NCBI RefSeq assembly: GCF_000039765.1
Contig: NC_004459.3
Coordinates: 2,571,127 to 2,603,126 of the forward strand
DNA: 32,000 nt
From: Vibrio vulnificus CMCP6
Lineage (GTDB): Bacteria; Pseudomonadota; Gammaproteobacteria; Enterobacterales; Vibrionaceae
Direction: 5' to 3'
Part shown: positions 15,971-24,141 of the stretch, piece by piece
How the letters are laid out: each line of letters begins with the position of its first letter
Numbering within the stretch: position 1 is the stretch's first letter
Notes under the pieces: model-generated
Database searches by the model: none
What the model was told of the DNA's origin: nothing
The model's input: the letters and a program-made list of their open reading frames with translations, nothing else
Program-made: the position numbers and the translations under genes

Positions 15971-17061
15971 CTTAGTATCAAGTTTGAAGTGCGACACTTT
16001 TTACAGATGCGCATGAATATACTCCGTTGGTGTCCTATACCCAAGTCTTTTGCGTGGGCGCGTATTTAATTTGTGTGCAATTTCATTGCAGAGCTTCTGT
16101 GTTACGTGTGACATAGAAGTTCGTTTTGGTAAGTATTGTCGTATCAAACCATTGGTGTTTTCATTAGTCCCTCGCTCCCATGAATGGTATGGATTTGCAA
16201 AGTAAAACAGACAGTTATGATGTTTTTCCAGTTGTGCATAACCATGAAATTCAGTGCCGTTATCCGCAGTTATCGTCTTAAAAGGTAAGTCAGAGCGGGT
16301 CATGATTTTGCTCATTCTTACGTTGAGCGACTCGCTTGTTCTATCGTCCATTTGCCCAATAAAAGTGTAGCCAGTCATTCTGTCGACTAAAGTCACGATA
16401 CAGTGCTTGGTTCCGCGTCCAACGACGGTATCAATTTCCCAATGACCAGGCTCTTTTCGATGCTCAGCTTTTGCAGGTCTTTCGGTAATATGACGCTTTG
16501 CTGCCAGCCGACCTCGGCTGTCTTTTGAGTTATACCTTTTACGCCTTTTCTTGGTCGATTGGCGTAGGTGTTTCCATAGTGTTCCACCGAGAGTTTTGTC
16601 GTTCCAAATATGCTGATAAATGAGCTCGTGGCTCATTGTTGGATAGCCTCTTACCCTTAGGTATCCGACGATTTGGTCAGGGCTCCAATCCAGTCGTAGC
16701 AAGGCCTCAGGCAACCTGAAGTCGATTTCGCTGTAGCGCTTGTTTCTGCGCGAGCGGCTTAGCCGGTTGCGAGCCATTTGTTGGGCTCTCCATGCCTGAT
16801 AGGAGTACCTTTTAAAGTGTCTGTTGTATCGGGAGTTGCGTTCAATTTCTCGATAGATAGTGGCTTTGTGACGCCCCAGTTGTTTAGCTATTTTAGCGGT
16901 ACTAATCCCTTGCTTTCTGAGCGCAGAAATCATATACCTTTCGTTCTCAGTGAGATGCTTGTATCTCATGTTTTTTACTTCTTGGCGGGAGCAAACTTCA
17001 TGATTATCGCATCTCACTGTTTTTATGTTCAGAGGTGTCGCACTTCGTACTTGAATCCAAG
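15971..17061 (-). mobile_element. IS30-family insertion sequence, copy 3 (about 1091 bp)
   Basis: Same termini as copies 1 and 2, with scattered substitutions relative to copy 1. Confidence 0.92.
16001..16969 (-). CDS. IS30-family transposase (intact)
   Basis: MRYKHLTENERYMISALRKQGISTAKIAKQLGRHKATIYREIERNS...; same length as copy 1. Confidence 0.93.
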   Translation of the reverse strand: MRYKHLTENERYMISALRKQGISTAKIAKQLGRHKATIYREIERNSRYNRHFKRYSYQAWRAQQMARNRLSRSRRNKRYSEIDFRLPEALLRLDWSPDQIVGYLRVRGYPTMSHELIYQHIWNDKTLGGTLWKHLRQSTKKRRKRYNSKDSRGRLAAKRHITERPAKAEHRKEPGHWEIDTVVGRGTKHCIVTLVDRMTGYTFIGQMDDRTSESLNVRMSKIMTRSDLPFKTITADNGTEFHGYAQLEKHHNCLFYFANPYHSWERGTNENTNGLIRQYLPKRTSMSHVTQKLCNEIAHKLNTRPRKRLGYRTPTEYIHAHL

Positions 17062-17062
17062 T

Positions 17063-17190
17063 TGCATAACAAAGCATTTAAGAGGGATTCATGCCACGTG
17101 GTATTTTTGGTATGCGGTGGTTTTTGGTGGTGAAAGTGGTTTGCAGAAAGTTGGTTTAGGCGGCATTCACCCCTTAATGCGGCGTTATGC
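17063..17190 (+). repeat. attC site 22 (directly right of IS30-family copy 3)
   Basis: tgcataacaaagcatttaagagggattcatgccacgtgg ... cccttaatgcggcgttatgc. Confidence 0.95.
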
Positions 17191-17205
17191 TCGTAGGAGG
17201 AAGTT

Positions 17206-17622
17206 GTGTATCTCAGGGAAAAAGAGAAAGCTTTAAATAAAGGTGTAATTTTAATCGGCACTATAGGTATTATCGGTATTTCTATTGCGTCAGGAAGCTT
17301 GTTTTTAGCTCTAGGTTTGAGCGCGATAGCCGCAATTAGCTTGTTATTACAGCAAAAGTTTCCGGATAAAAATGGCCTTTACAGCATCGAGGTTCTAGAT
17401 AAGCGTATTACTCTTAAACTAGGAAACAGTGCACTTTGGCATTTGAGTGTATGTGATGTTGAGTCCTTTGATACAACTTACTCAAGGGACGGCGCAGTGA
17501 TCAGAGAAATTACTTTAAAAACTGTGAGCGATAGTTATGTATTACCAAAACTTGATCGCTTTGAAACTAGCGAAGTTTTGGACCTTGTAACTCTTGTGCA
17601 AACCCTAAAAGAACGAGCATAA
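17206..17622 (+). CDS. Membrane protein with two N-terminal TM segments, unknown function
   Basis: GTG start after AGGAGG; MYLREKEKALNKGVILIGTIGIIGISIASGSLFLALGLSAIAAISLLLQQKF... Confidence 0.82.
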   Translation: MYLREKEKALNKGVILIGTIGIIGISIASGSLFLALGLSAIAAISLLLQQKFPDKNGLYSIEVLDKRITLKLGNSALWHLSVCDVESFDTTYSRDGAVIREITLKTVSDSYVLPKLDRFETSEVLDLVTLVQTLKERA

Positions 17623-17742
17623 CAAATTGTTCAAGAGTGATTCGGCACGCGTGGCATTTTTACTATGCGTTGGTTTTAGTGGTTAAGGTGGTATGCGGCG
17701 GCTTAGGTATTGCGTGCCTCACACCTTAACAAGGCGTTATAT
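17616..17742 (+). repeat. attC site 23
   Basis: gcataacaaattgttcaagagtgattcggcacgcgtggc ... caccttaacaaggcgttatat. Confidence 0.92.
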
Positions 17743-17776
17743 GCTTTCAAAATCTGTGAGCGAAAGGGAGTTTATA

Positions 17777-18145
17777 ATGATTCTAAATCATGTCTCAGTT
17801 GGTGTTTCAAATGTGCCATCTGCGATGGTTTTTTACGACTCAGTTCTATCTGCTTTGTCCATAAAACGGGCTCATTACATCGAGAATGTCGCGGCTGCCT
17901 ACGGAGAAAATTTTGAGTTTTGGGTAGGTTGCCCATGTGAAAATGCAGCCTCTTCAGGTAATGGAACTCACATTGCTTTCAACGCGCCAAACAAAGAAGC
18001 TGTTGACCAGTTTTACGCTACTGCATTAGAGCTTGGTGGCGAGTGTGCCGGTAAGCCTGGATTGCGTCCAGAGTACGGTGAGACTTACTATGCAGCGTTT
18101 GTCCGCGATGTTGACGGTAACAAAATTGAAGCAGTCTTTATGTAG
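17777..18145 (+). CDS. VOC/glyoxalase-family protein
   Basis: MILNHVSVGVSNVPSAMVFYDSVLSALSIKRAHYIENVAAAYGENFEFWVG...GTHIAFNAPNKEAVDQFYATALELGG...YYAAFVRDVDGNKIEAV. Confidence 0.92.
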   Translation: MILNHVSVGVSNVPSAMVFYDSVLSALSIKRAHYIENVAAAYGENFEFWVGCPCENAASSGNGTHIAFNAPNKEAVDQFYATALELGGECAGKPGLRPEYGETYYAAFVRDVDGNKIEAVFM

Positions 18146-18156
18146 CTGAAGCTACG

Positions 18157-18284
18157 CATATAACAAGGCGTTTAAGTGGGATTCATGCCGCGTGGCATTT
18201 TTGGTATGCGGTGGTTTTTGGTGTTGAAAGTGGTCTGCGGAAAGCTGGTTTATGCGGCATTCACCCCTTAACGCGGCGTTATGT
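18157..18284 (+). repeat. attC site 24
   Basis: atataacaaggcgtttaagtgggattcatgccgcgtggc ... ccttaacgcggcgttatgt. Confidence 0.95.
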
Positions 18285-18352
18285 GTCCGAGTACCCCACG
18301 TTTAGTAGACACTTTACTAAGTTAGATCTAGGGTCTAATTGAGAGGTGATTT

Positions 18353-18651
18353 ATGGCTAAACATCGTAATCCAGCGTACACCGAAGAGTTCCGTAAAGAC
18401 GCAGTTCGCTTGGCCAGTCTTCCTGGCCGAACAGCAGTTTCCGTTGCCAAGGAGCTGGGCATCAGTGCCCAGCAGATCCGGAACAGTTCACACGCCTATC
18501 TGATAAACAGTTTAACACTTTAGACGGTGTCGATTATTCGAAGAATGAGTCTAAAGAGCTTCGAGCGCTAAGGCGCGAGAACAAGCGACTCATAGATGAA
18601 ATGGAATTCCTAAAAAAGGTCTCGGCGTACTTCGCGAAGCAGCAAGAGTGA
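18353..18651 (+). pseudogene. IS3-family OrfA, frameshifted
   Basis: MAKHRNPAYTEEFRKDAVRLASLPGRTAVSVAKELGISAQQIRN then out of frame at about 18,503; continues in another frame as KQFNTLDGVDYSKNESKELRALRRENKRLIDEMEFLKKVSAYFAKQQE*. Confidence 0.85.
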
Positions 18652-19499
18652 AGTACGAGTTCATTGAAAGCTATACCGGCGAGTACTCGATCAGCTTAAT
18701 GTGTCGTACTTTAGAAGTGAGTCGAGGTGGCTACTACAAGTGGTGTCGTCATACGCCGAGTGAACGTTCAAAGCGGCGAGAGCGCTTTGAACAGCTTGTC
18801 ATGTGTACCTTTGCCCAATATCGGGCACATTACGGTTCAGTGCGAATAGCAGAAGAGCTAAACGAAGCAGGCCATGCCTGCTGCGTGAACTATGTGGCTG
18901 ATACCATGAAGGAAAAAGGTATCAGGGCACGTAATGGTAAAGGGTTTAAGTACAGCAAGGATGTGGCTGCGATGACGAATGTTGCTGACAATTTACTGCG
19001 TAGAGACTTTGTATCTGAGACCCCGAATCAGAAGTGGGTCACGGACATCACGTATATCTGGGTGAAGAGCCGCTGGCTCTTCTTAGCGACAGTGATGGAC
19101 TTGCATTCCAGGCGTATTGTGGGTTGGTCTCTAGGGACAACAATGACCGTTGAGCTCATCACGAATGCTCTAAAAATGGCATTTGAGTTACGTAAGCCGC
19201 CTAAGGGTGTCATTATCCATTCGGACCGTGGTGTACAATACAGAGCATATAAATATCAAGACTTCATGCGTAAGCATGGAGGTGTACCGAGCATGAGTCG
19301 ACAGGGTAACTGTTGGGATAATGCAGTGATGGAGTCATTCTACAGTCGACTGAAAGTCGAGTTGATATACGCAGAAGACTACCAAACTGTCGAAGAAGCC
19401 CGAATGGGAATCTTCGAATACATCGAGGTATTTTACAATAGCAGAAGAAGACACTCAGCGTTGGGGCATGTCAGCCCGGTTGAGTACGAAAGTCTGTAG
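18648..19499 (+). CDS. IS3-family transposase OrfB
   Basis: MKYEFIESYTGEYSISLMCRTLEVSRGGYYKW...QKWVTDITYIW...HSDRGVQYRAYKYQDFMRKHG...NAVMESFYSRLKVELIY...YNSRRRHSALGHVSPVEY. Confidence 0.95.
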   Translation: MKYEFIESYTGEYSISLMCRTLEVSRGGYYKWCRHTPSERSKRRERFEQLVMCTFAQYRAHYGSVRIAEELNEAGHACCVNYVADTMKEKGIRARNGKGFKYSKDVAAMTNVADNLLRRDFVSETPNQKWVTDITYIWVKSRWLFLATVMDLHSRRIVGWSLGTTMTVELITNALKMAFELRKPPKGVIIHSDRGVQYRAYKYQDFMRKHGGVPSMSRQGNCWDNAVMESFYSRLKVELIYAEDYQTVEEARMGIFEYIEVFYNSRRRHSALGHVSPVEYESL

Positions 19500-19612
19500 T
19501 TATGTACTGTCTACTTTTTGTGGGGTACACCAATACTTAATATATGGTTCCGGTTTACATGATTCTAATTTTCAATTTCTTCTTATGTCATTTTAAATAA
19601 GTAGGGGTGCAG

Positions 19613-20002
19613 ATGTTTCGATTCATAATGGCTGTTTGCTTAATTTTTATTAGCTGTCCTAGTTTTAGTTCAATAGAAATAAATGGTACATACAAGCAAT
19701 ACATTGAAGATGGTGTTTATTCCACGCTTGTTGTTGAAAGAAAGGACCAAAGTAGTGTTTTTATATCAATGAATTGCCAAAATGGAAGGCCAAATTTCAA
19801 CTCAGGAATGGTTAAAAGAACACTTTTAAAGTTAAACAACAATACTGTCCGTTATAATAAAGCTCGCTTTGATGATGAAGCTTGCATAATTGATATAGAG
19901 TTTACTGAAAATCAAGCAAAGGTTTCTCAAATTGCAGGCTATGGAGTGGTCTGTGGTTTTGGCATGAAAGTAATATGTGATGGAGTGTTTACAAAAAAAT
20001 AG
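19613..20002 (+). CDS. Secreted/periplasmic hypothetical protein (last cassette)
   Basis: MFRFIMAVCLIFISCPSFSSIEINGTYKQYIEDGVYSTLVVERKDQSSVFISMNCQ...; signal peptide-like N-terminus; followed by attC-like sequence. Confidence 0.8.
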   Translation: MFRFIMAVCLIFISCPSFSSIEINGTYKQYIEDGVYSTLVVERKDQSSVFISMNCQNGRPNFNSGMVKRTLLKLNNNTVRYNKARFDDEACIIDIEFTENQAKVSQIAGYGVVCGFGMKVICDGVFTKK

Positions 20003-20157
20003 TACTAGTTTGACTGTTTGGGTGTTTTATTGCATGACGATGCGGTCAGGCTAATGGGCTGCTCTCGCGTGCTGGCAATGTAAAAAGTGTGGCAGTCTTA
20101 GATTTTTAGTTTTACCAGAAAGAGAATTTGAGGGTTGGGTGAGAAAGCTGGGTTAAG

Positions 20158-20264
20158 CACATAACAAGGCGTTTAAGAGGGATTCATGCCGCGTGGCATT
20201 TTGGGTTTGCATTGAGTTTTGTGGTGAAAGTGGCTTGCGGAAAGTTGGTTTACATACTTGCTGC
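20158..20264 (+). repeat. attC site 25, truncated at its right end (array terminus)
   Basis: cataacaaggcgtttaagagggattcatgccgcgtggcatt...gtggcttgcggaaagttggttta then unrelated sequence; CTTAACGC..GCGTTAT missing. Confidence 0.9.
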
Positions 20265-20670
20265 AATGGTTTTAACATTATGACTATTACCATTCTCAGC
20301 CAGTTCTTTTTGAATGCGCCTCGCACCATCTCGGCCTTTGCTGCTGTCAAACGTCTCCTTGACCTTGATATCAAGTTCTTGGCGATTTGCCTCGCGTTGG
20401 ATGGCCTTGTGGCGATGCCTAATCCAGAAACAAAATCCACTCCGAAAAACTCTGAACACTATAGCAATCCAGATAATGCTAAAACTCAGCAGGTGTTCGA
20501 GAATCAATTCATAGCAATTAACTTAGATTTTTCGCGAAGTAGATGACGGCCTTTTACGATTTTGAGGTCTTGTGCTTGCTCCGCCTACTGACTTTTGAGC
20601 TTTGCTAACTCAACGGCAAACTCTTGTTCTCGTTGCCCAATATTAGTGATTGTATTCATTTAACTCAATG
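20265..20670 (-). pseudogene. Degraded IS3-family transposase remnant (OrfB N-terminus and OrfA fragment)
   Basis: Minus strand: FRSGFCFWIRHRHKAIQREANRQELDIKVKETFDSSKGRDGARRIQKELAENGNSHNVKTIAASM, then frameshifts; orfA-like MNTITNIGQREQEFAVELAKLKSQ*AEQAQDLKIVK upstream. Confidence 0.8.
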
Positions 20671-20891
20671 TCCAAACTGCTGGTGCGGTTAAAAATCTAT
20701 ACCGACAACTTTAGTGAACATGGATTTTACTCCTAATCCTAATACTGTGCCTGTCGTGCCGTACAGCAATGTTACAAGGGAGGTGCGTTAATAACATCAA
20801 AGCGTGTCATAAATATGGGCATACCACTTAAGCAATATGATTCATACCAAGAGATATGAAGGACTGCCAGGTTAAGTCTGGATTACTACAG

Positions 20892-23084
20892 CTAGCTAAT
20901 CCAGGCATTTTCCGATTTAACTCGCCCCTTGTTATGGGGTCTGCTACTAAGCCAATACATAATGAGTAGGAGCAACATCGTTAGACCAAACAATGCCATA
21001 AATGCATGATTGATGACTGTCTCCATCGCTTGGTTAGAGCTGATGCGGGGAGCCAAAATGAGCGTAAGTTGCCCTTCGTCGTTATTCACTGCCTTCAAGA
21101 TAGTTGCATCAACGCGTTGATAAGCAACTTCAGCCTGCATTTGGATTAACCTATTCAATGTCTCTATTTTAACATCGTCATGGACAGGATCTGGATTTGC
21201 TCTCATTATGGCTATTTCTTGCAAATCAGCACTCGTTGGACCCATCCACTGAATAGAAAGAATGTTTTGCTTTGGGGTTGGTAACTTCAATGAAGCATGA
21301 TTGTTTCGCCATATTGTACTTCTCAGGTTATGTAATTTACCTTGATAATTTTTAAGGCTATCACTATTTTTAAGTAACTTTTCATTCGCAAACTCGCCAC
21401 CTTGTAATGCTTCGTCCCAACAGTTGTCGCTACAGTGGCTTTTTGTTGCCTCTCGCCATAATACTGAAAACTCTTGTTTGAACGCTGAACAATCTGCAGC
21501 CAATGAATCTGTACTTCTAGTTGAGCTTCCTGTAGCTAATGTATTATCCGTTTTAACACCCTCACTCTTTGCATCAGTTGGGCAGTATTTCGCTAAATGA
21601 TTAGCGATTTCCATTAAGCTCTTTACAGTAAATATCGCTAACTCACTTCGCCTATACATGACTAAATTATCGACTGAATACGACTTTTTTACTTCAAAAG
21701 CCAGCATCATCAACATGTAGTCTCCTTCTGAAACGTCGGGGGTATAATCTGGCTCATTGCTGATAAAATCTTTATACTCTTCGACCAACTCAGTATTAGG
21801 AACCACTTGAAAGTCTTCATCCGTCAACGCATATTTAAATACGTTGCAATAGAGAAGCGCATTATCTTTTGAAAAGCTATCTAAACACAAACGGGGGCGA
21901 TTGATTAATAAATGATCGCCAACTTTTAAATCGCTCGATGCCCAATCTTGAAAGGTGTTAATTTGATAGGATGCGCTATTTTTAAGCATGGTAAAAGCGG
22001 CATCGCGCCATTCCAATTTTGTGTTGAAAGCGATGATTAAACTAGCGCAGAGTAATCCCACCGCAGCAGTAAGATATTGTGGTTTTCTTTTCGCAAAATC
22101 GCGTTCTGAAATTTCGTTTAAACCTATTCGCACAACGGTCGATTGATTCTGTTCAATTTCAAAGTATACATTTTTATTAATACTCACCGTATTTTGCCAA
22201 TGGCTTGGCATCCAAGCCTTTTTTGTTTTCCCGTTTGGTTCAGTGAATGTCAGCCAAGTTTTTCGATCAGAGCTATCTAAAGACTCTATTTTGCCGAAAT
22301 ATCGCGTTATCACTATATTGCTAGGTTCATATTTTGGCTTTGTCTTTAAAAAAAGTATCAGTAGTGCAATAACAGTTACCGTAAGCAGAACTACTGGAGC
22401 AAGCCATACAGGTTCAATGGCAATATCAATCTTGCTGATGTACGCAAAAATACTCGTAGCCACTACTATAATTAGCGGTACGGAAAAATTGTAAAAGGGA
22501 GGTGATAGATACAAAACTTCTGTTTGGGTGGCGGGTCGTTCAGACTTTAACACGGTTTGAGGGACAGTGTGCGTTGCTGGCCCCATACATTGCTCTACAG
22601 GTTGTGTTGTGCTTGGCGCATATGCTTCCGCTCCCTTAGAGAAGAGTGATGGCGCACTTGCAAGAGTATTATTGATTTCATCGACAATATAGTAATCGTT
22701 AAGACGAAGGACTAGAATTGTCTCGGCAACCACAACGACTTCAGCAAGTTGATCCTCAGTATCAAGGAAGTATATCGCTTTATCGGATATTGCTACCGGA
22801 TAATCAGCCAAAGCGAGGAATTTCGTTTTTCCCTCATCATCTGGAATTACATGCACCTCAAAAGGTTCAGTGATGTAATAAACCTCAGAATATCCGACAT
22901 CAAAACCATATAACTCTGAGAGGGCGGAACGCTCTTCTTCAGAAAGGTTTGCATCACGCTTCACACTTAGCAACTTAGTCCGACGCTCTTTTAAGGCTGC
23001 TTCTTTATCACTACTACTATTGAATAGTGTATTGATTAAACTAAAAACAAGAAATATTTTTATTATGATGGCAAGTTCATACAT
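20892..23084 (-). CDS. Large hypothetical multi-domain membrane protein (730 aa)
   Basis: Long uninterrupted ORF with several TM segments (IIIKIFLVFSLINTLF; FSVPLIIVVATSIFAYI; VWLAPVVLLTVTVIALLILFL; AFMALFGLTMLLLLIMYWLS). Confidence 0.88.
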   Translation of the reverse strand: MYELAIIIKIFLVFSLINTLFNSSSDKEAALKERRTKLLSVKRDANLSEEERSALSELYGFDVGYSEVYYITEPFEVHVIPDDEGKTKFLALADYPVAISDKAIYFLDTEDQLAEVVVVAETILVLRLNDYYIVDEINNTLASAPSLFSKGAEAYAPSTTQPVEQCMGPATHTVPQTVLKSERPATQTEVLYLSPPFYNFSVPLIIVVATSIFAYISKIDIAIEPVWLAPVVLLTVTVIALLILFLKTKPKYEPSNIVITRYFGKIESLDSSDRKTWLTFTEPNGKTKKAWMPSHWQNTVSINKNVYFEIEQNQSTVVRIGLNEISERDFAKRKPQYLTAAVGLLCASLIIAFNTKLEWRDAAFTMLKNSASYQINTFQDWASSDLKVGDHLLINRPRLCLDSFSKDNALLYCNVFKYALTDEDFQVVPNTELVEEYKDFISNEPDYTPDVSEGDYMLMMLAFEVKKSYSVDNLVMYRRSELAIFTVKSLMEIANHLAKYCPTDAKSEGVKTDNTLATGSSTRSTDSLAADCSAFKQEFSVLWREATKSHCSDNCWDEALQGGEFANEKLLKNSDSLKNYQGKLHNLRSTIWRNNHASLKLPTPKQNILSIQWMGPTSADLQEIAIMRANPDPVHDDVKIETLNRLIQMQAEVAYQRVDATILKAVNNDEGQLTLILAPRISSNQAMETVINHAFMALFGLTMLLLLIMYWLSSRPHNKGRVKSENAWIS

Positions 23085-23474
23085 GTAAATATAAAGTCCT
23101 TTTTATGTTGATCATTTGTTGTCTTTACAGTTTTCAACCAATGATAGAAGCAAATATGCAATTTCCGTGTTAATCAACATCCATAAAATTACCCAAGATA
23201 TCTCAATCCTAATAGAAAAGTGATCACATCTACCTTTCATATAGCTCATGATAGGATGTAAATAATTCCACCAATAAATATAACCGTAGCGTTTTAACTC
23301 ACGTTATAAAACATATTAGTCATCATTTGTAATTGATGAATTTGTTAATTTGGTTGGATGTGAAATTCTTCTGTTCGACATTATCAGAGCAAAATCAACG
23401 AAAGGCCATATAAAAAATGTCGCAATTAAGAGACGGATTGCGTAAAGTTTCATATCCTTTAATTGGTGCTTACT

Positions 23475-23985
23475 GCGGCTTTGTTTCTAAGTTCGAGTTC
23501 AATTAAAAACGCGCCTAGCATGGCTAATTGTAAGGTGATTAGCTTCGTTTCAGATATACCTAGCCTCGTAAGCCCATCCAATGTTTTGAGCATGGAGTAA
23601 TTCTAGCCAACGTGGCCGTTGTCATTTCTTAATCTGGCAGAACATCACCGTCTCTGAAAGCGAACGGCTATGGTGGCCATACTTATTTTTCCTATAATTA
23701 TTTGCACCATATAGCTGCTGGTGATCGACAGGTAAATTGCGAGGATGACCATGTTCCATAGAGTTGTCACTTGTCTCGCTGGAATTCACTGTTTGGCTCG
23801 TTTAATGAGAATCGCTTCGGAGCACAACTTAGTGTCATACACACTATCATCAGATATCTCTACGATTCTTTGTCGCGCCTGTTTGAACAAATTGGGGAGC
23901 ACTTCACCGGGCTGACATTTGGGGCAATGACTTCAGACGCTCCGAGCTTCCCACCTAAATCTGGCCCTTTGTTACGAATGGGGTG
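23475..23985 (-). pseudogene. Degraded IS5-family transposase remnant
   Basis: Minus-strand fragments in shifting frames: LPNLFKQARQRIVEISDDSVYDTKLCSEAI, GHPRNLPVDHQQLYGANNYRKNKYGHHSRSLSETVMFC, MLKTLDGLTRLGISETK, matching the order of IS5-family C-terminal motifs. Confidence 0.75.
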
Positions 23986-24141
23986 CTGTTGCAAATATTA
24001 GACAAATTTCAAGTTTGTGCATTCCTTATTTAAGTTTTTTCTAAAAAGCATCATATGCAACTGTGTTTTCTTCGCTTTTATTAGAAATGCCTACGCAAAT
24101 AGGGTTAATTACCGGCAGTTAACCGATATAAGGAATGAGAA

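Larger units (their letters stand above)
18284..19532 (+). mobile_element. IS3-family insertion sequence (ends approximate)
   Basis: Imperfect inverted ends GAGTACCCCACGTTTAGTAGACA... / ...TGTCTACTTTTTGTGGGGTACACC around an orfA/orfB pair. Confidence 0.85.
1..20264 (+). mobile_element. Distal part of a Vibrio sedentary chromosomal integron cassette array (24 complete attC sites plus one truncated)
   Basis: Regularly recurring ~97-138 nt sites starting (R)YAACAA and ending CTTAAxxxxGCGTTRRRY, all in the same orientation, separating mostly single-gene cassettes; no intI in the window. Confidence 0.97.

Noticed and set aside
16778-17236. 152-aa plus-strand ORF antisense to IS30-family copy 3 (also 2185-2415 and 11104-11400)
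   Set aside because: Antisense of the transposase and IS end; the same frame appears in each IS copy and gives no plausible protein.
185-18284. CRISPR array as the explanation for the regularly repeated units
   Set aside because: Repeats are about 97-138 nt with imperfect internal symmetry, GTTRRRY ends and gene-sized spacing, which is the pattern of attC sites; no cas genes.
1-20264. Integron integrase gene
   Set aside because: No tyrosine recombinase ORF is present; orientation of attC sites places intI/attI to the left of the window.
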